Below are positions 38,652 through 48,251 of a stretch of 64,000 nucleotides of DNA, piece after piece. Both the position numbers and the translations under genes were made by a program. Source of the DNA: Planctomycetota bacterium (GTDB lineage: Bacteria; Planctomycetota; PLA2; JAEUHO01). How positions within the stretch are numbered: position 1 is the stretch's first letter; every line of letters begins with the position of its first letter. The notes beneath the pieces were generated by a model. That model did no database searches. It had not been told where the DNA came from and saw only the letters and a program-made list of their open reading frames with translations. Where the stretch lies: the NCBI GenBank assembly GCA_965223505.1, contig CBDCWP010000039.1:224001-288000 (forward strand), in the 5' to 3' direction.

Positions 38652-40718
38652 TCAGATGATCGTCAACACCTCGGCCATCAGGTCGCAGTGTGCGCGGTAG
38701 TTGACGTTCTTGCTGATGCGGGCGAGCGACGGGATCGACTCGAGGTCCCCGATGACGCCCAGACCCGCGCAAGCCAGCGCGCGTGTCAGTCCCTGCTCCT
38801 TGGGGTTGCGCAGGAGCATCTCCATCGGCTCGACGGCGCGCTCGTCGCCGATCTTCGCGAGCGCCAGAACGACCTGGCCCTTCACGCTCTGGCTACGCGC
38901 GTTCTGCAGCTCCTCGAGCAGGAGATTGACGGCTTCGCTGTCGCGCAGAAGCCCCAGCGCCGTCGCGCACTGCACGCGCATCTCCTCGGAGCGGCGTTCC
39001 TTCATGGCCTTGCGGATCGCGACGAGCGAGTCCTTGCGCGCGTAGCCGATCAGGCCGAGGCCGAGCGCCGCGTAGCCGCGCAGCTGGTGGTCGCCGTTCC
39101 GGTCGGCCACGATCTCGGTCAGCGCCTTGACGCTGCGCTTGTCGCGGCCGATGCCGAGCGCGGTCGCGAACGCCGCGCGCCGGCGGGTGTCGAGCTTTTT
39201 GCTCGTCAGCCCGGAGCGCAACGCGTCCAGGTACTGCTGGCGCAGCTCGCCGTACGCGATGATGTCGGCCTCTTCGCCGATCTCCCGAACGATGAGGGCG
39301 GTCGCCATCGCACCGTAGGGGCGTTCGGCGTACTTGCCGTCCTCGCACATCTCGAGCAGATACGTCTCCGCCTGCGTGCCGTCGATGACGTCGGTCTTGT
39401 TGGCCTTCACGTCTTCGTTGATGCAGTACGCCAGGCTGATCATGGCGAAGTTGCGCGCACCGATGTCCTTCACCCGCTTCTTCGAAGCCAGCAGGCTCTC
39501 GGCGACCGCAACGCGGTCCGCGCCCGTCACCAGACGGCTCATGACGCCCAGGCCGATCGCGGCCGAGCGCTGGATGACCGGGCTCTTGCCGCGACCGCTC
39601 AGCAGCGCGCCGCGTAGCACCGGGATGTCGCTCGTGTTGCCGATGCGGCCGAGGGTCAGCGCGGCGTAGGAGCGCACGAGCTCGCTCGCGTCGAGCGTGT
39701 ACAGGCGCCCGCGCATCACGCAGTCGTGCAGGACCTTGCGTTGGTTCTCGTCGACGCTGTCGCCGCTCTGCATGCCGATCGCCATCAGCAACCCGATGGG
39801 GAGATCCTCCTGGCTGTAGCGCGACTTGAGCGCCTCGAACAGCTGGGCCGTGGTGGCCTTGGCGGCGCCGCGCGCGTCGCTCGCGTACGTTCCGGAGCCC
39901 GTGGGCTGATCGCCGAGGAGACCGATCGACAACGCGGCCATGCCGCGCGTGCGAGTCGGGTACTCGTCGTCGGCGAACACCTCGAACAGGAACGCGCGCA
40001 CGCGGTCGAGCTCGGACGCGCTCAGCTGCTCTGTCGGATCGGCGCGTCGCAAGAGACCGAGGCCCAGCGCCGCGCTCTCCATCACGATGTTGTGGTGGTT
40101 CATCCGCAGATCCAGGCCCTTCTTGACGTGCTCGATGTGAACCGGGCCCCGCGCGACCTTGGCGAGCGCGATGTAGGCCGCCGACTCGACGTCGGCGTTC
40201 CCCGCGTTCTTCGGATCCATGGCCCACAGAAGCGCCGGGATGATGGTGGACTTCACCTTCGCGCGAATCTCGTGGGTGTTGTCCGGCCGGTTGCCCGCGC
40301 CGCGGTCACCCGCGTCTTGGAGGATGCTGCCCGTGTTGACGCCGAAGTAGATCGCGTCCTTCAGGAACTCGATGTCCGAGTTGTTGTGCGCGTACCAGAA
40401 GCTGAAGTCGTCGTACGTGAGCGCGCGGCTGGAGCGCGGGCGCCCGCCGACCGGTGCCCCGGTGATCGGCGGCGTACCGGCGGGGGTCGGCGTACTCGTG
40501 GGGTTCGGATTGCTGCCCCCCGTCGACGGCGTTCCGGGCGTGACGGGCGGCCCCGGCGAGACCGGAGGCGGCGGGGGCGGCGTGGGGTCGTGCGGCTCGC
40601 GCATTCGCGGCGGCACGCTGCCGCCGGGGCCGCGGAACTGGCCGCCATGGGCCCACGCGTCGGTTGCGATCAGGCTCAGCGCCAATAGGCCGAGCAACGT
40701 CACGGATAGCAGTCTCAT
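38652..40718 (-). CDS. Secreted HEAT-repeat protein (paralog A)
   Basis: Signal peptide, AHGGQFRGPGG, Pro/Thr linker, repeated R..AA.ALG. Confidence 0.85.
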   Translation of the reverse strand: MRLLSVTLLGLLALSLIATDAWAHGGQFRGPGGSVPPRMREPHDPTPPPPPPVSPGPPVTPGTPSTGGSNPNPTSTPTPAGTPPITGAPVGGRPRSSRALTYDDFSFWYAHNNSDIEFLKDAIYFGVNTGSILQDAGDRGAGNRPDNTHEIRAKVKSTIIPALLWAMDPKNAGNADVESAAYIALAKVARGPVHIEHVKKGLDLRMNHHNIVMESAALGLGLLRRADPTEQLSASELDRVRAFLFEVFADDEYPTRTRGMAALSIGLLGDQPTGSGTYASDARGAAKATTAQLFEALKSRYSQEDLPIGLLMAIGMQSGDSVDENQRKVLHDCVMRGRLYTLDASELVRSYAALTLGRIGNTSDIPVLRGALLSGRGKSPVIQRSAAIGLGVMSRLVTGADRVAVAESLLASKKRVKDIGARNFAMISLAYCINEDVKANKTDVIDGTQAETYLLEMCEDGKYAERPYGAMATALIVREIGEEADIIAYGELRQQYLDALRSGLTSKKLDTRRRAAFATALGIGRDKRSVKALTEIVADRNGDHQLRGYAALGLGLIGYARKDSLVAIRKAMKERRSEEMRVQCATALGLLRDSEAVNLLLEELQNARSQSVKGQVVLALAKIGDERAVEPMEMLLRNPKEQGLTRALACAGLGVIGDLESIPSLARISKNVNYRAHCDLMAEVLTII

Positions 40719-41031
40719 CGTCTTCTTCTCCTCGTTTCGTAGCGCAAAGGCCGGACGTCGCCCACCGCGTCCGGCGACCTGCAAGTCGCACAGCCGGTGC
40801 CGATCGCCGGGCGGCCCTGACGAATGAGGACGTGCGCGACACGGTCGTGCGGTCTTCGTTTCCCGTAGGTTCCGCCGTTCCGACACACGTGTGTCGTGGT
40901 CGATGCGCTCGCCGTCGATCGACGGCGAGCTGCCTCGCCGAGAGCGCTACCCGTACGTAGCAATCGGGCGATCAGGGAACGTTCTCGCGGCCGGTGGGGG
41001 TGCTACGTCGCGGTAGCGTGTCCGCCTGGCG

Positions 41032-42861
41032 CTACAGCAATGAGAAGAGCTCGTTGACGACGTCGGTCGAAGCGCGGTAGTTGCCGCCCGCGGTGACGAT
41101 CGCGTACGGAGACGGCTCCTCCCGGGCGCACGCGAGGCCCAGCGCAGAGATCGCGACGGCGCGCGTGAGATCCTGTTGACCGTCGTCGACGGCGAGCTCG
41201 ATCAGCTGAGACACGGCTTGATCGTCGCGCATGCGCGCGAGCGCGCGTCCGGCCTCGCCCTTCACCACGTGCGATCGGGCTTCCTCCAGCTCCTTCAGGA
41301 GGAGCGCTCTCGACGTCGCGCTCGGAAACGAGGACAACGCGCTCGCCGCCAGGACGCGCAACCACTCGTTGCGTCGCTCCTTCACGGTCGCCTCCAACGC
41401 CGACCCGATGTCGGCCGGCGGCTTCGACGCGTACGAGAGCGCGAGCGCCGCGTACCCGCGCAGCGAGTGCTCCCGCTTGGGATCACGGAGGATCGCCGCG
41501 AGCGCCGGGAGCGATGCCTCGTCGTCGGCGATCCCCAATGCGACCGCGAAGGCGTTCTGGCGGCGCGGGTCCAGCTTCTTGGTCGTCAATCCCATCCGCA
41601 GCGTCGCGATCGACGCCTTGTGTCGTTGCGCGAAGCGCGCCTGGTTGCCCGCCTCCCGGAGGAAGAGCGAAAGCGCCAGGGCGGCGTGGGGCCGGTTGAG
41701 GTAGTGCCCGTTCCGGGCGATCTCGACCAGATGATCGACCGCCTCCGCGTCGAAGGTGGCCGCCTTGGTGCGCGCAGCATGCGCTGACAGCACACCCAGG
41801 CTCATCAGCGCGAAGTTGTTCGTCGTCAGGTCCCGTGTCTTGAGGTGGCTGTCGATGAGCCCCTTCGCGATCCGGCTTCGTCCCTTGGCGGAGACGTGCC
41901 GGCTGAGCGTCCCCAGCGCCACGGCGGCGCTGCGGCGAATGGTCCGATCCCCGCGACGGCTCCCGATCCGGCGTAGCAGGGGGGTGATGTCGTCCTCCGT
42001 ACCCAGCGAACCGAGCGCCAGGGCGATGTAGCTCGCCGAGACGCTCGTGAAGGTCGAAGGGGTCGAGCGACGGCGGTGTTCCCGCATCCACGCGCGTAGT
42101 TGCTCGCGCTGCGGCTCCGTGATCGAGCTGCGGGGTTGCGACCGCAAAGCCAACAGCAGTCCGATGTAGAGGTCCGGGTAGGGATAGCCGTCGCGATCGA
42201 GTCGATCGAACAGCCGCGCCGTCGTCTTGGCCGCGTCGCCCGTGGGCTGGTCGCCCAACATGCCGATGGCGATCGCCGCGAATGCCCGTGCGCGACCCTG
42301 GAAGTCGCCGTCGTCGAAGATCCCGAACAGGAATTGGCGAACGCCGTCGAGCGTGGCCGCGTCGAGCTGGTGCGCGGGATCGTCGCGGCGCAGCAGACCC
42401 AGCGACAGGGCCGCCGCCTCGAGCACAATCACGTCGTACATCTTGTGCTTGGCTCTCTTCTCGAGGCCTTCTTTCAAGAGCTCGATGTCGGACGCATCGC
42501 GTCGAGGCATCCGAGCGAACGCGAGAAATGCCGCCGACTGCGTGTCCTGATGACCGGCCGCCTTCGCGTCCGACATCAACCGGAGGGTCGCCGCGCGCGC
42601 TCTCTCGAGCGTTTCGGCCTTCAGCGCGGGACGCGGCTCCTCGCGAACGCGCCGCTCGATGGGCTCGACGTTGTAGTGCAACCAGAACGGCCAGTCGTCG
42701 AACGTCATGCTGCGCGGGCTGTGCCCGGCGCCCGGCGGCACCATGCCGCCGGGACCGCGGAAGCGACCCCCGTGCGCGTGTGCGTCCGCCGCAAAGAGTG
42801 AGAGCGCCCATGCGACGAGCACGACGCGTCGCATCACCACCGCGGTCTTCGATCCCTGCAT
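41032..42861 (-). CDS. Secreted HEAT-repeat protein (paralog B, lacks the Pro/Thr linker)
   Basis: AHGGRFRGPGG, WPFW, HEAT repeats, NYRAS C-terminus. Confidence 0.8.
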   Translation of the reverse strand: MQGSKTAVVMRRVVLVAWALSLFAADAHAHGGRFRGPGGMVPPGAGHSPRSMTFDDWPFWLHYNVEPIERRVREEPRPALKAETLERARAATLRLMSDAKAAGHQDTQSAAFLAFARMPRRDASDIELLKEGLEKRAKHKMYDVIVLEAAALSLGLLRRDDPAHQLDAATLDGVRQFLFGIFDDGDFQGRARAFAAIAIGMLGDQPTGDAAKTTARLFDRLDRDGYPYPDLYIGLLLALRSQPRSSITEPQREQLRAWMREHRRRSTPSTFTSVSASYIALALGSLGTEDDITPLLRRIGSRRGDRTIRRSAAVALGTLSRHVSAKGRSRIAKGLIDSHLKTRDLTTNNFALMSLGVLSAHAARTKAATFDAEAVDHLVEIARNGHYLNRPHAALALSLFLREAGNQARFAQRHKASIATLRMGLTTKKLDPRRQNAFAVALGIADDEASLPALAAILRDPKREHSLRGYAALALSYASKPPADIGSALEATVKERRNEWLRVLAASALSSFPSATSRALLLKELEEARSHVVKGEAGRALARMRDDQAVSQLIELAVDDGQQDLTRAVAISALGLACAREEPSPYAIVTAGGNYRASTDVVNELFSLL

Positions 42862-42914
42862 GCCCCGCACGCCGCACCTCGCGTGCCACTCTGGCCACGT
42901 GTGTCGAACGCAGG

Positions 42915-43388
42915 CGTTCTTCGTTGCGGTCTTTCGAGGGGCGAGGAAGCGTCCTCGTGATGTAGGTGCGATGCGAGCGAGGACGCGGACGCTCACCCTT
43001 CGGAGGGGGGCCTGGGGGCACGTGCGGAGTGGGCCTTGAACCTCGATGGAGACGTTCTTCGTTGCGGTCCTTCGAGTGCCGCGAGGAAGCGTCCTCGTGA
43101 TGTAGGCGCGATGCGGAGCAAGGACGCGGGCGCTCACCCTTTAGAGGGGGTCCTGGGGGCAGCGCCCCCAGAGTGGAGACGTTCTCCGCCGGGGTCTTTC
43201 GAGCGCCGCGAGGAAGCGTCCTCGTGATGTAGGCGCGATGCGGAGCAAGGACGCGGGCGCTCACCCTTGAGAGGGGGTCCTGGGGGCAGCGCCCCGAGTG
43301 GAGACGTTCTCCGCCGGGGTCTTTCGAGCGCCGCGAGGAAGCGTCCTCGTGATGTAGGCGCGATGCGGAGCAAGGACGCGGGCGCTCA
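42915..43388. repeat. Structured tandem repeat array, left part (units ~125-140 bp)
   Basis: Units start at 42915, 43053, 43180, 43305; shared core GAGGAAGCGTCCTCGTGATGTAGG..AGGACGCGG.CGCTCA. Confidence 0.92.
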
Positions 43389-43465
43389 GGCTTTGGACGC
43401 TAGTTGGAGTACTTAGGGAAGAAAAGGGCAGGTAGTTCAGCTTCAGAACCACCTCCTCCTTCCCG

Positions 43466-43723
43466 ATGCGGATGTCGACACTCGATGACAGAATCGAGAC
43501 CCTTACTCTGCGCCAAACAGAAGCTGAAGAGCGAGCGACGCATGAGATCTGGAAGTCGCGGGAGCTGAACAAGTCCGGTGACACTGATGCCGGGAAGTCC
43601 GCTGAGGAGCGCGCCCAAGAACTCCTTGCCGATGTGAAGCGCATTGGGGCTGAGATTGACGAAGCGCTTGATGAACGCAGCAAAGTCAAGCGACTTCTCG
43701 CCTCGTTGGGCGAGTCCCCATAG
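43466..43723 (+). CDS. Small coiled-coil hypothetical protein
   Basis: E/K/R/L-rich heptad-like sequence. Confidence 0.5.
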   Translation: MRMSTLDDRIETLTLRQTEAEERATHEIWKSRELNKSGDTDAGKSAEERAQELLADVKRIGAEIDEALDERSKVKRLLASLGESP

Positions 43724-44246
43724 CGCTTCGGCTGAAGGGACCCCATGCGTGGCCCGCGTCGTTTACGGCACTGGATCATCCAACAGCTCTAGGCGCCTAG
43801 CTGCTAGCTGTGAGATTGGGACGCTTCGGACGCTTCGCATACGACGCAGTCTTGAGACGTCTGACCACCTGGCTACAGTCCGAACGTGGTCGCGTCAGTA
43901 GTTTCTCGAACTCGTTCGAGCTCTACCCAGTGTCTGTCTTGCAACTGCTCTTGGTGGAATGGCTGCTGGCGCGCCACACCCACTTCCCGGACTTTGGTTT
44001 CTCAGATTTGGTCTTGACGGCCCCAAGCGCCTGAATACCGTGGAGCTTGCAAGACAGACACGGCTAGCTGGGAGCTAGAGCGTTCGAGGGGGACTGGGGT
44101 TCTCTTCGCGGCGACTTGTGCGCCGGCGGCCACTTCGGCCATTCGTGAAGTCGATGCTGCAACCGCTGCACATCGACGCGGGATGGTCATTGGAAAGACA
44201 TGTTGGCGAGAGCGGCCTCGAGAGCGTTGCCGAAAGCGCAGCGACG

Positions 44247-44708
44247 ATGGAGACACTGAGCGTGTCGCCGATCGCATACCCCAGCCAGCAAGACCAGCTT
44301 CGGCATGGGCACTCCAACTCCTTCGGCCGTCCGCCTCTGACGTTGCTCAAGAACTTTCCCTATGCCGCGGACCTCGTTCAGCCTTTTCGCACGAAGTGGG
44401 TCCCTGTTGACTCCGAGTTTCAGTTCGCGACAGTGCACGTCCATTGCCAGACGCTCTTTCCCGCAACGTTGCCTTCGCCGGGCGTAACGATCGGCGTGTT
44501 CACTTCATTCGATACCGTCGAGTTCACTTCATTCGATACCGTCGAGTTCTATCTGATCGGAACGTCAGTCAACGTGACGGGGACGGGCTCTCAAAGTGTC
44601 CCCGTAACGACAGATCTTGGCCCAATGGTGCGCGTGGAGATCGCGAATGGTGCAACTGTGCCCGTCTTCGCCACGCTCAGTGTTTGGCTGCAACCCAAGA
44701 GTACCTAG
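44247..44708 (+). CDS. All-beta paralog 1 of 4 (start uncertain; internal 24-bp duplication)
   Basis: PLTLLKNF..W.P.DSEFQ.ATVHVHCQT..SFDTVE..LSVWLQPK. Confidence 0.7.
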   Translation: METLSVSPIAYPSQQDQLRHGHSNSFGRPPLTLLKNFPYAADLVQPFRTKWVPVDSEFQFATVHVHCQTLFPATLPSPGVTIGVFTSFDTVEFTSFDTVEFYLIGTSVNVTGTGSQSVPVTTDLGPMVRVEIANGATVPVFATLSVWLQPKST

Positions 44709-44724
44709 TCGAAGAGCAAGGGAG

Positions 44725-45087
44725 ATGAGTATGGGACCGCTAGTATTGGCAAAGAACTTTCCCGCCGTCGTGGATGAGAATCAGACATTCGTCAGTGATT
44801 GGCTCCCCATGGACAGCGAGTTCCAGAACGGAACCATCCACGTCCATTGCCAGACGATCTCGCCGAACTCGGGCGTTACGACGGGATTCGAAGTCCAGGT
44901 CGAGACGTCCTACGACACAGTCGAGTCGAACCAGATCGGGACGACGATCAATGTGATCGCAACAGGCAGCTCCAACTCTGCGATCAGCGCCAACATCGCC
45001 GCGATGGTGCGCCTGAAGATCGAGAACTCCGAGACCTTCCCGATGTTCGGCATCCTGAGCGTGTGGCTCCAGCCCAAGAGCGAATAG
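44725..45087 (+). CDS. All-beta paralog 2 of 4
   Basis: AAGGGAG RBS; MGPLVLAKNF..SDWLP..HVHCQT..SYDTVES..LSVWLQPK. Confidence 0.85.
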   Translation: MSMGPLVLAKNFPAVVDENQTFVSDWLPMDSEFQNGTIHVHCQTISPNSGVTTGFEVQVETSYDTVESNQIGTTINVIATGSSNSAISANIAAMVRLKIENSETFPMFGILSVWLQPKSE

Positions 45088-45107
45088 TTCGCCGGAGGGC
45101 TCGGTAG

Positions 45108-45467
45108 ATGGCGCCGATCGTTTTAGCCAAGAACTTCTCATTCGTTGCAGCCTCCGGGCAGACGCTGCTTGGCGACTGGATCTTCATTGGGGATCTGAGT
45201 GAGTTTCAGAACGCGAACGTTCACGTGCACAGCCAGACGCTATCGCCGTCAGGCGGAGTCTCGGGTCTTGCGGTGGATGTGCGCAGCTCATTCGATCGAG
45301 TCGAGAGCTATCAAGTTGGAGGGAGCGTCTCTGTGACTCTCCCTGGCAGTTACGACCAGACCATCTCCGCCAATCTCGCTGATTACGTGCGACTGGCCCT
45401 TACGAACAACACGGGTGGATTGCTCATCGGGATCGTCAGCGTGTGGCTGCAGATGAAGGCAGAGTAA
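45108..45467 (+). CDS. All-beta paralog 3 of 4
   Basis: GGAGG RBS; MAPIVLAKNF..GDW..HVHSQT..SFDRVES..VSVWLQMK. Confidence 0.85.
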   Translation: MAPIVLAKNFSFVAASGQTLLGDWIFIGDLSEFQNANVHVHSQTLSPSGGVSGLAVDVRSSFDRVESYQVGGSVSVTLPGSYDQTISANLADYVRLALTNNTGGLLIGIVSVWLQMKAE

Positions 45468-45492
45468 GGTTTGAGAGAGAAGGGCTTGGAAG

Positions 45493-45846
45493 ATGGGACC
45501 GCTGGTTCTGGCGAGCAACTTCCTGATGGCAGCTGGTTCAGGCCAGGTGTTTATCGGAGATTGGCTGCCGATCAACAGCCAGTATCAGCTCGCCACGATC
45601 CACGTTCACTGTCAGACGATCACGCCGTTCCCGCCCGTCACGGGCTACGAGGTGATGGTGGATAGTTCATTCGACACCGTCGAGAGCAATCAGATCGGAA
45701 CCACGATCGTCGTGTCGACGACGGGGAGCCTGAGTTCCCCGGTGACAACCAACCTTGGACCGTTTGTGCGCTTGCGAATCGAGAACCCTGAGTCGGTGGC
45801 GATGCTGGCGATCATGAGTGTCTGGTTGCAGTTGAAGAAGACGTAA
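45493..45846 (+). CDS. All-beta paralog 4 of 4
   Basis: MGPLVLASNF..GDWLP..HVHCQT..SFDTVES..MSVWLQLK. Confidence 0.85.
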   Translation: MGPLVLASNFLMAAGSGQVFIGDWLPINSQYQLATIHVHCQTITPFPPVTGYEVMVDSSFDTVESNQIGTTIVVSTTGSLSSPVTTNLGPFVRLRIENPESVAMLAIMSVWLQLKKT

Positions 45847-46142
45847 GTAGCCGTCGAGTCGATGCCATGGTTCGCGGGTAGCGAGGAGCTAAACAAGAAT
45901 GCCGGATTTCACACAGACTTACTCGCGTAACAACGACGACCTTAACGGCGTGGACGCCACGAACAACAGTGAGTACGAAACAGCCAAGCTGACTGTGACG
46001 TTGTCGGCCAACACGGACGACTGTAAGTCGATAGCGAGGACGACGACTCCGACGAGAACTGATACGCCGTCGTCAACTGATACGCCGGCGGATCTGTCGC
46101 GCCCGCTGGGGTTCACCGAGGAGGATAGACTTCCGGGAGGTG

Positions 46143-47540
46143 GAGGGTGTACCGTTCTTTCTGTAAATGGCTCCCCGGAGGAGAGGCGCTCGCTTCGCTT
46201 GAATCAGCTAGCTGATTCAAGCGAAGCGGGCGCGCCGCCATCTCCCGGGGCGAACTGAGTGGCGGATCAACGCCGTACCTTTGCAGGTAACGACACCACG
46301 CAAAGGAGGAACGACGTGACCCACCACGAACAGCGTACGCCTTGGGGCGACGCACTGGAAGCGCTCAGCGAGAACGGGTTCGACGGCATGGCTGAGGCGA
46401 TGCGGGTGCTGGTGAACGAGGCCATGAAGGTCGAACGCAGTGCCTTCCTCGGCGCCGAGCCCCACGAACGCACGGATCAGCGCCGCGGCTACGCCAACGG
46501 CTTCAAGCGCAAGCGCGTCAGAACCCGCTTGGGCGAGATCGACGTCCAGGTGCCCCAGGTTCGCGACGTCGAGGGCGGCGACACGTTCTACCCCTCCAGC
46601 CTCGAACGCGGCCAGCGAAGCGAGAGAGCGCTCACGCTGGCCCTGGCGGAGATGTACGTCCAGGGCGTCTCGACGCGGCGTGTCGAGGCGATCACGAAGG
46701 TGCTTTGCAACGGCCTGGAGATCAGCTCCACGAGCGTGTCTCGAGCAGCTGCGCTGCTCGACGAGGAGCTCGAGCGCTGGCGCACACGTCCGCTCGGCGC
46801 GTTCAAGTACCTCGTACTCGACGCTCGCTACGAGAAGGTGCGCCACGGCGGATCGGTGCGCGACTGCGCTGTGCTGATCGCCATCGGCGTCGATTCTCAC
46901 GGCAAGCGCAGCGTGCTGGGAACGAGCGTGAGCCTCTCGGAGGCCGAGGTCCATTGGCGCGAGTTCCTCGCTTCTCTCCAGGATCGCGGCCTTCACGGCG
47001 TCGAGCTCATCACCAGCGACGGCCACAAGGGCATTGCGGCCGCGCTGGCGGCGCGGTTCGCCGGCGTGGCCTGGCAGCGCTGCCAGTTCCACCTGCAGCA
47101 GAACGCGCAGAGCTACGTTCCGCGCCAGAAGCTTCGACGCGACGTTGCCGCTGACCTTCGCGCCGCGTTCAATGCGACGTCGCGTCGCGAGGCCGAAGAG
47201 AAGCTCAAGGCCTTCGTGAAGAAGTGGGACAAGCCCGCGCCCGACCTGGCGCGCTGGGCCGAAGAGAACATTCCGCAGGGCTTCACCGTGTTCGATCTCG
47301 GCCTGAACGAAGCGCAGCGCAAGCGCCTTCGCACCACCAACAGCCTCGAGAACCTGAATCAGCAGATCCGCCGCCGCACTCGCGTCGCCGGATTGTTTCC
47401 GAACGAAGCGTCCTTGCTGCGGCTCGCAAGCGCGGTGCTCATCGAGATCAGCGAGGAATGGGAAACCGGACGGAGGTACTTGCCGAGGGACGACGCTTGA
47501 TCAACCGCTCAGCGATTTACAGAAAGAACGTTGCTCTGCC
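46143..47540 (+). mobile_element. IS256-family insertion sequence, complete (1398 bp)
   Basis: Same sequence as 6571-7968; 9-bp target duplication CGGGAGGTG (46134-46142, 47541-47549). Confidence 0.95.
46316..47500 (+). CDS. IS256-family transposase
   Basis: Protein identical to 6744-7928. Confidence 0.95.
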   Translation: MTHHEQRTPWGDALEALSENGFDGMAEAMRVLVNEAMKVERSAFLGAEPHERTDQRRGYANGFKRKRVRTRLGEIDVQVPQVRDVEGGDTFYPSSLERGQRSERALTLALAEMYVQGVSTRRVEAITKVLCNGLEISSTSVSRAAALLDEELERWRTRPLGAFKYLVLDARYEKVRHGGSVRDCAVLIAIGVDSHGKRSVLGTSVSLSEAEVHWREFLASLQDRGLHGVELITSDGHKGIAAALAARFAGVAWQRCQFHLQQNAQSYVPRQKLRRDVAADLRAAFNATSRREAEEKLKAFVKKWDKPAPDLARWAEENIPQGFTVFDLGLNEAQRKRLRTTNSLENLNQQIRRRTRVAGLFPNEASLLRLASAVLIEISEEWETGRRYLPRDDA

Positions 47541-48251
47541 CGGGAGGTGGGTGGCCGGCGAAGATCCCCGGCGGTGTCCCTTGGGGTTCGCCGGACGCGG
47601 AAACCATCGAAGAGCCGCCTCCAGTCGAGACAGAGGACGACGAACCTGCTGGAACAGAGGGTGGTGGAGACACTTCTGTCGTTTGGAGATGCACCGGCGA
47701 AGTCAAGATCACGCTTACCGTGAAGGCAGAGCAGAAGACCAGTGATCCTCTATTCATGGAGGGGGGGCAGGGCTACCGACTGAGAGGTGCAGTCATTGGG
47801 AGGAGAGAACCGATCATCACCGGTCCCTTCGTGCAGCCTCCTCCTCCGGGCCTCGGAGAGCCAGCCCCCTTGGAGTTGACCGCGACGATTGATCTAGGTA
47901 CGTTGCCGTGTACGGGTGGTCGCCTGCGAGGGACAGTGTACGCCAACATGATAAACAGCAGGCACCGAGTTCGACTGCCCGCGAGTAACGGGCGCCCAGA
48001 GAGAACTAGGGTCCTGCCTCGAACGCAGTTGCAGATCAGTTTCACATTGAACGTCAAGGAATGCGGAGATGTGGAGTGCCAAAGGTTGGAGACCGAAGTA
48101 CCTGCGTGGTTGCACCAGACCTATGACCGTCGATTCCGGATGCGGCGCTCCAACATGCTCAGACACACGGGAAGCAACTTCGAACGTGCCCCCGCGACCG
48201 GTTGGCCTCAACCGTTCCGTAGGAAGGTGGAGCGTTAGGCGAGGGGGGGGT

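Larger units (their letters stand above)
45899..48238 (+). pseudogene. 310-aa hypothetical gene interrupted by IS256
   Basis: GAGGAG RBS; joining 45899-46142 to 47550-48238 gives one open frame (..DRLPGGGWPAKIP..). Confidence 0.8.

Noticed and set aside
42862..43373. ORFs translated from the repeat arrays (MSARVLAPHRAY..., also 49448-50165) and the extended N-terminus of HEAT paralog B
   Set aside because: Open frames arising from stop-poor GC-rich repeats; paralog B has its own signal-peptide start near 42861
48243..48250. G8 tract before the lipoprotein start as a phase-variation switch
   Set aside because: Short, outside the coding sequence and unremarkable at this GC content; no evidence of length variation
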